Below, piece after piece: positions 1 through 8,504 of a DNA stretch of 32,000 nucleotides. The position numbers and the translations under genes are program-made. This DNA is from Gemmata obscuriglobus. Lineage in GTDB: Bacteria > Planctomycetota > Planctomycetia > Gemmatales > Gemmataceae. Positions within the stretch are counted from its first letter, which is position 1. Each line of letters begins with the position of its first letter. Location: NCBI RefSeq assembly GCF_008065095.1, contig NZ_CP042911.1:6570001-6602000 (forward strand). Reading direction: 5' to 3'. The notes under the pieces were generated by a model. The model searched no databases. It saw only the letters and a list, made by a program, of their open reading frames with translations, and had not been told where the DNA came from.

Positions 1-1978
1 GGGCCGCGGCGTCGCTCGGCATTCGCCAATCGCCCCGCGGCGACAGGCTCACCGACCCCACCTTCGGGCCGTCCGGCAGGCAGCTCCGCTTGTACTGGCT
101 CGCGAAGAACCGCCGCAGAAACTCTTTCAGCCAGTGACGCACCTCGTCCGGCTCGTACGTCTTGCTGAACTTCGCGTGCCCCGCGAGGAACAGGATCTTC
201 CGCGGCTCCGCCCCGAACCGCAGGAAGTGGTACAGGAAGAAGTCCACTAGCTCGTACGGCCCGACCGTCGCTTCGGTCAGTTGCGTGGCGGCCCCGCCCT
301 CGTCCAACGGCAGCAGCTCCGGGCGTATCGCCGTGTTCACGATCGCCAGCAGCGTGTCCCGTGCCGGGCCGTCGAACTCGTTCTCCGCCGCCCACTGCAC
401 CAGGAACTTCACGAGCGTCTTGGGGATGCTCACGTTCGGGTTGTACATGCTCATGTGGTCGGCGTTGTACGTGCACCACCCGAGCGCCAGTTCCGAAAGG
501 TCGCCGGTGCCGATCACGAACCCGGCGTTCATCAGCAGCGACGTGCGGACGCGGGCCTGCACGTTCTCGAACGTCAGGTCGCTCCGGTTGTGCGGCGGGA
601 GCCGGCGCAGCTTGTCCGACAGCGACTCGACCGTTTCGCCCGCCAACTTGATGCCGAACGGCGCGTGGCCGAGCGCGCGCATCTGCTCGAGACACATCGC
701 GCGGATGTCGATCTCGCGCAGGGTGATGTTGAGCGCCCCGGCGAGCCCGTCGGCGTTGGCCCGCGTCTCGGGCGTGGTGCCGAACCCGGGCATCGTGAGC
801 GCGTGAACCCGGTCGCGGGGCACCCCGAGCTCGTCCATCGTCTTGCACACGACCAGGAGCGCCAGCGTCGAGTCCAGCCCGCCCGACACGCCGATGGACA
901 CCGGCGGGAAGTTGACGTGCGACAGCCGCCGGCCCAGCGCCGCCACCTGCGTCTGGAAGATCTCCCGGCACCGGTCGTCGCGGGTGGCCGGGTCGGACGG
1001 CACGAACGGGTGCGGGTCCACGGCGCGCACGAACGTCGGCTCGCGGGCGCTCAGCTCCAGGTCGAACGACAGCGTGCGGTACTTCCCGAGGCTCAGGTCC
1101 GCGGACCGGTTGGCGTCGTGGAAGCTGTTGGTCTGGATCCGGTCGTGCAGCAGCCGCTCGACATCGATGTCGGCGACGAGCAGCCGCTGCGCGTGACGGA
1201 ACCGCTCGGACTCCGCGACGATCGCCCCGTTCTCCGCGATCAGGCAGTGCCCGCCGAACACGGTGTCGGTGGTCGACTCCCCTTCCCCGCACGACGCGTA
1301 CACGTACCCGCCGATGCACTTCGCGGACTGGGCGCTGACGAGCTGCCGCCGGTACCCCGCCTTGCCGATCACCTCGTTGCTGGCGGACAGGTTGGCGAAC
1401 ACGGTGGCGCCCATGACCGCTTGGAGCGAGCTGGGCGCCACCGGCATCCACAGGTCCTCGCAGATCTCGACCCCTAGCGTGAACCCGTTCATCGTGCGGC
1501 AGTCGAACAGCAGGTTCGTGCCGAACGGGACGCTCTGGCCGGCGCACGAGGCCGCCGAGAAGTTCGCGTTGTCGGCCGGGCAGAAGTACCGGGCGTCGTA
1601 GAACTCCTTGTAATTGGGCAGGTACGTCTTGGGGACGATGCCCAGCACCTTCCCCGCGTGGATCACCGCGGCGCAGTTGAAGAGCTGCCCCTCAATGGCC
1701 AGCGGGAGCCCCACGAGCGCGACCCCGCGGAACACGGTGCCGCTCTTCTCCACCACCTTCGCCAGCGCCTCTTCCGCGGCCCGCTGGAGCGACTGGAGGT
1801 GGAACAGGTCGTGGCAGGTGTAACCGGTGAGTCCGCACTCGGGGAACACCAGGAGGTTCACGCCCTGCGTTTCGGCCCGGGCCATGAGCGCGAGCGTGCG
1901 GTCGGCGTTGAAGTGGCAGTCGGCAACCCGCAGTTCCGGACACGCCGCCGCGACGCGAAGGAAGCCGTGTGTGTTCAT
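1..1978 (-). CDS. nadE: Glutamine-dependent NAD(+) synthetase, long form (CN-hydrolase glutaminase domain plus NAD synthetase domain); C-terminus lies beyond the left window edge
   Basis: My own minus-strand translation from ATG 1978..1976 stays open to position 1, which is why it is missing from the ORF track: MNTHGFLRVAAACPELRVADCHFNADRTLALMARAETQGVNLLVFPECGLTGYTCHDLF... It has nitrilase-superfamily contexts (LVFPE, GVEICEDLW), then the ATP-pyrophosphatase P-loop GVSGGLDSTLALLV and GTGDLSELALGWCTYN. Plus-strand ORFs 162-2087 are shadow frames. Confidence 0.9.
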   Translation of the reverse strand, partial: MNTHGFLRVAAACPELRVADCHFNADRTLALMARAETQGVNLLVFPECGLTGYTCHDLFHLQSLQRAAEEALAKVVEKSGTVFRGVALVGLPLAIEGQLFNCAAVIHAGKVLGIVPKTYLPNYKEFYDARYFCPADNANFSAASCAGQSVPFGTNLLFDCRTMNGFTLGVEICEDLWMPVAPSSLQAVMGATVFANLSASNEVIGKAGYRRQLVSAQSAKCIGGYVYASCGEGESTTDTVFGGHCLIAENGAIVAESERFRHAQRLLVADIDVERLLHDRIQTNSFHDANRSADLSLGKYRTLSFDLELSAREPTFVRAVDPHPFVPSDPATRDDRCREIFQTQVAALGRRLSHVNFPPVSIGVSGGLDSTLALLVVCKTMDELGVPRDRVHALTMPGFGTTPETRANADGLAGALNITLREIDIRAMCLEQMRALGHAPFGIKLAGETVESLSDKLRRLPPHNRSDLTFENVQARVRTSLLMNAGFVIGTGDLSELALGWCTYNADHMSMYNPNVSIPKTLVKFLVQWAAENEFDGPARDTLLAIVNTAIRPELLPLDEGGAATQLTEATVGPYELVDFFLYHFLRFGAEPRKILFLAGHAKFSKTYEPDEVRHWLKEFLRRFFASQYKRSCLPDGPKVGSVSLSPRGDWRMPSDAAA

Positions 1979-2933
1979 AGCGACGTTATATCACCTCCGC
2001 CACCCGCGCGACGTGCCACACCACCCCGCGGCCGGGGGTAGGCACGAGTCCGCCACGCGGCCGGGGCTCGCGCTCCGGCCGCGCTGAATCTTCGGGATCA
2101 TCTGTCTTGCTCTGTGCCCAGAACCCTTGCGATCGACGCCCAGGCTGTCAGTAGATTTCGCGTGGGCAGAGCACTCGACAGGCCCACCGTAGCCCACGCC
2201 CAAATGCAGCACGCGAACAAATGTTCGCGGCGTCTTCGGGAGGTATTCGCGTGCATCCGCCCCTCTTGCCGGTTCAACGTTCTCTGTCTTCACCGGTCGA
2301 GTTCCCTTGTCCTTACTCGTGTTGACAACCGCTGTGCTGGCGCCGCCAGCGGTCGCCCAAACTAACTCACTCCGCATCATCTCTTCGTCTTCGCGTTTGC
2401 AGTTTCCGTCACCGCTTACGGTTCGTTCGGCCACGAACGTCTCGATGTGGGTTCGGGATTTGGTTCGTCAGCATTTTCGCCGTGCGGCCCCCATCTTTTT
2501 TCGGCGGGGGTTGCAAGCGGGCGCGCTCAATCACTCCGGTGAAGTCGCCGAGGCGCCGCTTCGGATCCTGTTCTCGGAAGCCCGCATCTTGGTTGGCCAT
2601 TTCTCTCTGGCGGCCCTGCGGCTGGAAACCCGCCCCTGCGTACCACTGATTATTCCGCCGCCACGAGGTACGAGGCCGGGGGCTGAGGTTTCCTTGCTCG
2701 TAATGCTCTCCATCAAGCCCGAAGACGAAGAGCGTTTCAGCAATCGGTGCGCGAACCTACGGGGGAACGAACCACTTTACCTGAACCCGACAGTGCTTCA
2801 GGCAACTGACTTTTCGCGAGAAAGCCATCGCAGCGCCGGAAACTGGAACGGTTGTTGCTAACCACAATTGCGTTACATCTGGACCCGCTGTGCTGTGTGC
2901 CTGCGGGTTCAATCACTCTCCAAAGGAGCCTTG

Positions 2934-3365
2934 ATGAACCGCTTCGCACGTCTCGCCGTTGTCCTCGGGCTGCTGGGTGCCGTTGGGTGTGGCAAAACGG
3001 AATCCTCGACCGCACCGTCGAAGGACCCTGCCAAGCCGAACACGCCTCGTAAGCTGTCGGTGAAGGCGCCGTCCAGCCAGACCGTGACGCAGGATCGTGC
3101 CGACGAACTGACCGTCTCGGTGGACCGGGATGGGTTCAGTGTTCCCGTTACCATCGAGCTGAAGAACCTACCGAAGGGCGTTACCGTCGAAACGAAGGAT
3201 CTGACGATCCCAGCAGACAAGAACTCACTGAAGGTCACGATCAAGGCCGCGCCGGACGCGCCGGCAGTGGTCGATCACGTTGTGCAGGTGGTTGGTAAGG
3301 CGAAAGGCGAAGCCGATGTGCCCGAGGTCGCGAGCGACTTCAAGCTCACAGTGAAGTCCAAGTAA
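2934..3365 (+). CDS. Small secreted lipoprotein, function unknown
   Basis: Internal ATG at 2934 of ORF 2868..3365 is preceded by AAGGAG (2923-2928). N-terminus MNRFARLAVVLGLLGAVGC has a signal peptide plus lipobox with Cys. The beta-rich remainder (..VTIELKNLPKGVTVETKDLTIPADKNSLKVTIKA..) looks protein-like. Confidence 0.7.
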   Translation: MNRFARLAVVLGLLGAVGCGKTESSTAPSKDPAKPNTPRKLSVKAPSSQTVTQDRADELTVSVDRDGFSVPVTIELKNLPKGVTVETKDLTIPADKNSLKVTIKAAPDAPAVVDHVVQVVGKAKGEADVPEVASDFKLTVKSK

Positions 3366-3894
3366 CGAGTCCGTGTTTTAAGTTCGCTACTCTTTCTGTG
3401 GCTCCCCAACATTCCGCTGCCAACAATTGCCGACGTTCCACGAGCGCCGGCGATTGTTGCATGATCCCCTCGATGTAGAGCGGCCCGGGTTTCATTTCCC
3501 AGCAGCTTCCACCGCTTACCCGCACGACTCGCCCCCACACCATTTCATCCCACGAATTCGCAGACCGACGGCCTGTCAGCACCATCCGGGGCGAATGTGA
3601 GCCACTACGCGCCGGTTAAACGCGTCTCGGCCACCTTAGTAAAGCAACCGAGCCGTGAGAGTCAGCCCGATGCGCTGACCGCCCCACCGGACGGATGACG
3701 CATGGCGGTTACAATGTTCGGGCTCGTATCTTCGTCCTTCGAACTCGCGGCGGAGAGGTGCCAGTAAGCTTCGCCTTTGATCAGATCGGGGGTTGCGTGC
3801 AACGCATTTCTTACGTCAGGGACCTCACCATGGAGAAGCGAACATGCACCGCCTCGGGTCCAAGAAAAACGGCTCTCCGCAATTATCATGAACG

Positions 3895-4020
3895 TTATAC
3901 ACTTCTTTCGCCGAACCGACCCAGGACGCAGAGGCGGAAGTTCTTGGAGTTTAACATCCCGTAGGCACGCCACAGGATGGCCCGCAACCCGTGGTTGAAG
4001 CCTTCCGTTCGACCACGGGT
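3895..4020 (-). pseudogene. Isolated C-terminal fragment of an ISL3-type transposase (about 40 codons)
   Basis: A frame different from ORF 3662..4681 reads TRGRTEGFNHGLRAILWRAYGMLNSKNFRLCVLGRFGERSV-stop (TAA 3897..3895). This matches the conserved ISL3-family tail (..TEGxNNKIKxIKRxAYGFRNFxNFRLRIL). No upstream ISL3 homology is visible. Confidence 0.4.
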
Positions 4021-4021
4021 T

Positions 4022-5351
4022 GCTCCGAGCATTGAACTCGCCCACCAGCGACTCCACCAGACGGCTGGTGATCGGCAGCCCCGCTCGCCGATACCGCGGG
4101 TAGTCCATCCGCCCTTGGTTGTTGCCCAAGTAACTCAGCGCCGCGGCAACCACCCGGCGCGGATCCCGCGCGGGCAACTCCTCACCCTCGGGTACCGGTG
4201 CCACACGCGCCTGGCACGAGGCCCGGGTCACCAGCACCTCGCGCACCCGCACCTGCCAGCAGGCCCGCATCCACGTTCGGTACCGCGACCAACGGTCCGC
4301 GTCGGTGCCGCCCATTGCCCACGCGGCCCCGTCACTCACGGACGCCTTGCGCGGGGCTCGGTAGAAGCCCCGCTCCTGAGCTTCGGCTGCCATCATCGGA
4401 CCGAACAGGTGGCTCGCGGCCATGCTCGCCACACACGTCCGCACCAACCGCACCGGACCCGGCCGCGGCGGTGGTTCCGCCGCACGCGCGTCGGCAGCCC
4501 AAGTTTCTCGGCCTGGCGGTGGTTCACCGGCCCACCCGTTGAGTTGGTGCTTGAGGCGCTGCACCCGGCGCGGTTCGTCAAACGCCGGCCCGGGTTCGGG
4601 TTGCGGATCCTGTCGGGACGGGGTGCTCTGGAGAGTGACCAGCGCCGCTACCTTATGTTCTTTGCCCTGGGTCTCATACACCCCCGGTCCCTGCCCCGCA
4701 GGTGCCCGCCATCAACCTCGACGGCCAACCACCGCCGGTACCATGTCCACGCGCACCGGCAACTCCCGGCGCCGCTGTTGGACCACCTTCTGATCCCGCT
4801 GGCGAGCCAACTCGTTGCCGATCTCCTGGGCGATCCGCTGGACCTGAGAGCAACCTGATGTTGATCCGGGCCAACGGAAGCGCGAAGGTCGCTTGTGCGG
4901 CCGAGTTCAACCGCCTCATGGCGACCGCGATAGTTATGGCCGTCCAGTCGCAGGGCATTACGCGGGGGGGAGAAAAGTCCCGCCGGCATTGGGGGCAGTG
5001 GCACACCGGTTCGTGGAGGGTGAGGACGTGCCCGGTGTCGACGGTCAGCGGTCGATCCTCTTAATCGACCGTCGCCACCGTGCCGCACTGGTGACACGGC
5101 GGCACGGTGGCGACGGTACGGTACTGGACCCGCGCGGTGAGCATGACCACAGCCAAGCCCTCGACCAGCGCCGCCGCCACCCGCTCCATGTCCGCGAAGT
5201 CCAACTGCTGGGCATCCACGCCCTCCGCGGTTCGTTGGGCTGCGATTGTTCCCCAGCGCGACGCCAACGCTCGCAACTCCGCCAAAAACTCAGGTGGCAA
5301 CTTGACCGATGGGCATTGCTCGGCCCGCCTTGCACTTGTGACGCGCACCAA
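4022..5351 (-). pseudogene. ISKra4-like DDE transposase, decayed (multiple frameshifts and a premature stop)
   Basis: Homology has to be followed through at least 4 frame changes. Pieces in order: ..PPCHQCGTVATVD-stop (ORF 5061..5351); RPLTVDTGHVLTLHEPVCHCPQCRRDFSPP; NALRLDGHNY; MRRLNSAAQATFA; VQRIAQEIGNELARQRDQKVVQQRRRELPVRVDMVPAVV-stop; AVEVDGGHLR; then ORF 3662..4681 with ..KASVSDGAAWA.. and ..ALSYLGNNQGRMDYPRYRRAGLPITSRLVESLVGEFNAR. These are typical ISKra4-group zinc-finger and C-terminal motifs. Confidence 0.7.
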
Positions 5352-5631
5352 CGACCTGTTTCATTCTCTTTGCTATCGCATACCTTTTGCAATTGCAAAC
5401 CGCGTCTTGCCCTCGGATATGACTTGTTCGGTTTCCGAGACTTGTCAGGCTCGCTTACGGGTGTAGAATCGAGTATAGGAATGTGGTAATTGTCTCCGAC
5501 AGACGCCACGGTGTTCGCGGCCAGTTTCTTCAGAATCCAGCCGCGTTTGGACCGGATGGTTTTTAGTTGTGTTTGTGGAAATCCAAAGCAAAGGATTTCT
5601 ATCCAACAATATGCTATCTAATTTCAACAAA

Positions 5632-5705
5632 GCGCGTTTAGCTCAGTTGGCTAGAGTACCACATTGACATTGTGGGGGTCACTGGTTCAAGTCCAGTAAC
5701 GCGCA
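5632..5705 (+). tRNA. tRNA-Val (anticodon GAC)
   Basis: Hand-folded cloverleaf. Acceptor GCGCGTT/AACGCGC plus discriminator A; D arm GCTC-AGTTGGCTA-GAGT; anticodon stem CCACA/TGTGG with loop TTGACAT; variable loop GGGTC; T arm ACTGG-TTCAAGT-CCAGT. No encoded CCA. Confidence 0.93.
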
Positions 5706-5710
5706 CTCAA

Positions 5711-5764
5711 CAAACCGGCCGCAAACCCAAGCGAAACAAGGGTTTGCGACCGGTTTGTTTTTTT
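5711..5764 (+). terminator. Rho-independent terminator of tRNA-Val
   Basis: 18-bp stem CAAACCGGCCGCAAACCC (5711-5728) / GGGTTTGCGACCGGTTTG (5740-5757) with one mismatch, an 11-nt loop, followed by seven T (5758-5764). Confidence 0.8.
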
Positions 5765-5835
5765 CGGCTGGCAAACCTGAGGGGATCGGAAGTGTCGTCG
5801 TAGTTAGCCTTTGGGTAACGCCTGAAGTGCGGCTA

Positions 5836-7097
5836 ATGAAGAAGGCGAAGACCGCGGAGCCGACGATCACCCACGACCAGGCGCCCGACCGGACGGCGTG
5901 GCCCGAGTGCGGGCACCCGGTGACTGCCGACTACGCCAACCGGCGGACCGTTCACACCCTGGCCGGGATCACCCGCCTGAACCGGACCATCCGCCGGTGC
6001 CACCACGTTGAGTGCGGGTTCCACAAGCGGCCGTACCGGCCCGAAGCCGAGGGGCCCTTTTCGCTCCCGCGGCACGAGTTCGGGCTCGACGTGGTGGCCC
6101 TCATCGGGCGGTTCCGGTAGGCCGAGCACCGGTCCGTGCCCACCTGGTGGGGCGCCACGTGCAGGTGCCCGAGCGACCGTGACCAATCTCCTGGACCGGT
6201 ACGACGAACGGCTCGCCGTGTCCCCCGCCGATGACCGCCGTTTGTGCCAGTTCCACTGCCTGCGCGAGGCCGGGCGGCCCATCGGCACGCCAAGAAGGAG
6301 TACAAGAAGAAGGCGCGCGGGGGCCGGGCGATCGAGCGACAGGCGGACGGGCGAACGGGGGCCGAGGACGAGGTGATCCAGAGGTATTGCTCGGCCGTGC
6401 GGAGCGCGTTGACGGACGACGGTCGCCCGCCGTTGGAGGCGTCGGGGCGGAAGTTGCACGCGCGGTTGTCGGCCATCGGGAACAGCCTCGACCGGGTCGA
6501 GGAAAAAAGGGGCTCCCGAGGGAACTCCTGCAGTTGAAGGGCACGATCGCGAAGGGCTTGAGAGCGACCGCCACGTTGTGGCCCGCGATCGGTGTGGCGT
6601 TCGGGTGGTTGCATCAGGCGGCCCACGTGTTGGGTGTGGAAGGCACATCCGGTGCGGCGATCCGCAAGAAGCTGGGCGGCTTGTTGGGGGCCATGCCGCG
6701 GCATCGGCGTTCGGCGGGCACGTTGAAAGATGCGGTGTCTCACTTCGTAAAGGTCACTCGGAGTTACGGGCCGGGCTTGTTCGTGTGCTACGACGTGGCG
6801 GGCCTGCCGGGGACCAACAACGACCTGGAGCAGTTGTTCGGCGCGCACCGGTATCACGAGCGCCGGGCGAGTGGTCGCAAGGGCGGTTCTCCGGGAACCG
6901 TGCTTCGTGGGTCGGTGCGGGTGGTGGCCGCATTGGCGACGCGGACGGGGGAGGTGACCGCGACCAATGGAAGCGTGCTCGTGCCGATCGGGGGGCGACG
7001 CCGGCGGCGGGTCGAACGAAGGCGGTTCCGCCGGAACCCGGAGGAATACCTCAAAGCCCTGGAAAACAAGCTCATCCAGTCAGGTTTGCCGTCCTAG
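5836..7097 (+). pseudogene. Second, unrelated transposase gene, decayed (nonsense codon, frameshifts, probable internal deletion)
   Basis: Starts MKKAKTAEPTITHDQAPDRTAWPECGHPVTADYANRRTVHTLAGITRLNRTIRRCHHVECGFHKRPYRPEAEG..GRFR, then TAG at 6118-6120 followed by AEHRSVP. It continues in other frames: TVTNLLDRYDERLAVSPADDRRLCQFHCLREAGRPI; HAKKEYKKKARGGRAIERQ..VIQRYCSAVRSALTDDGRPPLEASG; then ORF 6231..7097 with ..HFVKVTRSYGPGLFVCYDVAGLPGTNNDLEQLFGAHRYHERRASGRKGGSPGTVLRGSVRVV. I recognise a zinc-finger N-terminus and a transposase-type tail, but I cannot name the IS family with confidence. Confidence 0.6.
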
Positions 7098-7229
7098 AAA
7101 AATGATGTCGGTGAGAACGGCGCCCCCTGATCTTGCGGTGCCCGTATTGAGGACCGCTCCGACGGTAAGGCCGGGGGACGTGCGGGTCAGACCGGGCCGG
7201 CTGTACCCGACGGCGCCGGCGAACAGTAC

Positions 7230-7262
7230 GGCCGGCCGCACCCGACGGTGTCGCGGCCGGCC
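7230..7262 (-). terminator. Candidate terminator hairpin after the prenyltransferase-repeat gene
   Basis: Perfect 10-bp GC stem GGCCGGCCGC (7230-7239) / GCGGCCGGCC (7253-7262) with a 13-nt loop, about 25 nt downstream of stop 7286-7288. No U-tract. Confidence 0.35.
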
Positions 7263-7285
7263 CGGCTTGCCCCCGGAACGAGCGG

Positions 7286-8422
7286 TCACTTCGCCTTGGG
7301 CTTACAGTAGCTCAGGGCCATGAGCACGTACCCGGTGTCGAGCGCCGGGTCGCTCTCCATCCAGTTGGCGGAGGTGTTGACCCAGCTCCCGTCCTCCTTC
7401 TGCCGCTTGACGATGGCCGCCAGCAGGTCGGCGCGCCAGTCGTGCTTCACGCCCTTGGCGTCCGTGAACGTGTCCTCGCCGAGGGCGTCCATCGCCTTCG
7501 CGAACGTGTGGTAGTAGTAGTACAGGCCGCGCTGGCTGTTCGCCTCGGGCATGCCCGGGTTGGCGTCGAGCGTGTAGTTGGCGCCGATCCACTCCAGCGC
7601 CTTCTTCATCCGCGGGTCGTCCTTGCCCACCCCGCAGTAGATCATGCTCTTGATACCGGCGTAGGTCATGCTCCCGTACCCGCCCATGTCGGTCGTCCGG
7701 CCCTTGTCGTCGCGGCGGTTCTCGCCGCCGTTGGCCCCGGTGTAGATGAAGCTGCCGTCGTTGTTCTTTTTCGCCCACGGGGCCTTGTTGTGCTCGCTGT
7801 CGAAGTTCTGGCACCGGCTCACGAACACCAGCGCCTTCTTGAACGCCGGGTCGTCCTTCGGCACCCCCGCCGCCCTCAGCGCCTCAAGGAAGAACGCGGT
7901 GTTGGACAGGTCCGGGCGGGACTTGTCGCCCGCGTACCCGGCGCCGCCGTAGTAGTCGCTGTCGCCCTTCTTCCCGCGGGCCTCGTCCCACTGGTACTCT
8001 TTCAGGTACTTCGTGGCGTTCCCGATCACCGCCTTGTACTTGTCGCCCTTGTTGGCGGCGGTCAGCGCCATGACGTTGATGCTGGTCTTGTAGTTGGTCA
8101 GGGACGCGACGTCCCCCTTGCCGGCGATGTGCCCGGCCTTCTCGTTCACCAGGCCCTCAATGTACGACACGCCCTTGGCGGCCGGCGCGTCGTCGGGCGA
8201 CGCCCCGCACCGCAGGAGGCCGGTCACCGCGATCCCGGTCACCCCGGTCGCGTTCGGCCCCTTGGACCAGCCGCCGTCCTCGTTCTGCGACTTCTTCAGG
8301 TACGCGGTGGCCTTATCCACCGCCGCCTTCCAGTCGTCCGCCGGTTCGGCGGACGCCGGGCGCGGGACCAGGGCGGCGAACTCGCCGAACACGAGCACGG
8401 GCACGAGCAGACGCTTCGTCAT
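7286..8422 (-). CDS. Secreted prenyltransferase/squalene-oxidase repeat (alpha/alpha-toroid, terpenoid cyclase-like) protein
   Basis: ORF 7286..8422. Signal peptide MTKRLLVPVLVFGEFAALVPRPASA. Repeated motifs of this fold: ..YLKKSQNEDGGWS.., ..QWDEARG..YYGGAGY.., ..VKRQKEDGSWVN... SD GAGGAGG upstream of the ATG. Confidence 0.85.
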   Translation of the reverse strand: MTKRLLVPVLVFGEFAALVPRPASAEPADDWKAAVDKATAYLKKSQNEDGGWSKGPNATGVTGIAVTGLLRCGASPDDAPAAKGVSYIEGLVNEKAGHIAGKGDVASLTNYKTSINVMALTAANKGDKYKAVIGNATKYLKEYQWDEARGKKGDSDYYGGAGYAGDKSRPDLSNTAFFLEALRAAGVPKDDPAFKKALVFVSRCQNFDSEHNKAPWAKKNNDGSFIYTGANGGENRRDDKGRTTDMGGYGSMTYAGIKSMIYCGVGKDDPRMKKALEWIGANYTLDANPGMPEANSQRGLYYYYHTFAKAMDALGEDTFTDAKGVKHDWRADLLAAIVKRQKEDGSWVNTSANWMESDPALDTGYVLMALSYCKPKAK

Positions 8423-8504
8423 AAGTTCGACCTCCTCGTCAGGGGAAATGGGACCGGTGTCGGCCGCACCGGCTTCGGGAGCCGAGAGCCGGCGCGGCCG
8501 CGGC

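Noticed and set aside
162-2087. Plus-strand ORFs 162..806, 281..1477, 361..651, 843..1196, 1263..1601, 1658..2041 and others
   Set aside because: They are Arg/Ala/Pro/Ser-rich shadow frames antisense to a clearly recognisable nadE reading frame on the minus strand.
5590-5631. Possible sigma-70-like promoter for tRNA-Val (TAATTT about 8 nt upstream, weak -35)
   Set aside because: The -35 match is only 3 of 6, and planctomycete promoter consensus is poorly defined. Not reported as a feature.
5755-5835. N-terminal extension of ORF 5755..6120 (MFFSAGKPEG..)
   Set aside because: It overlaps the stem and T-tract of the tRNA-Val terminator. The transposase-like sequence starts at MKKAKTAEP (ATG 5836).
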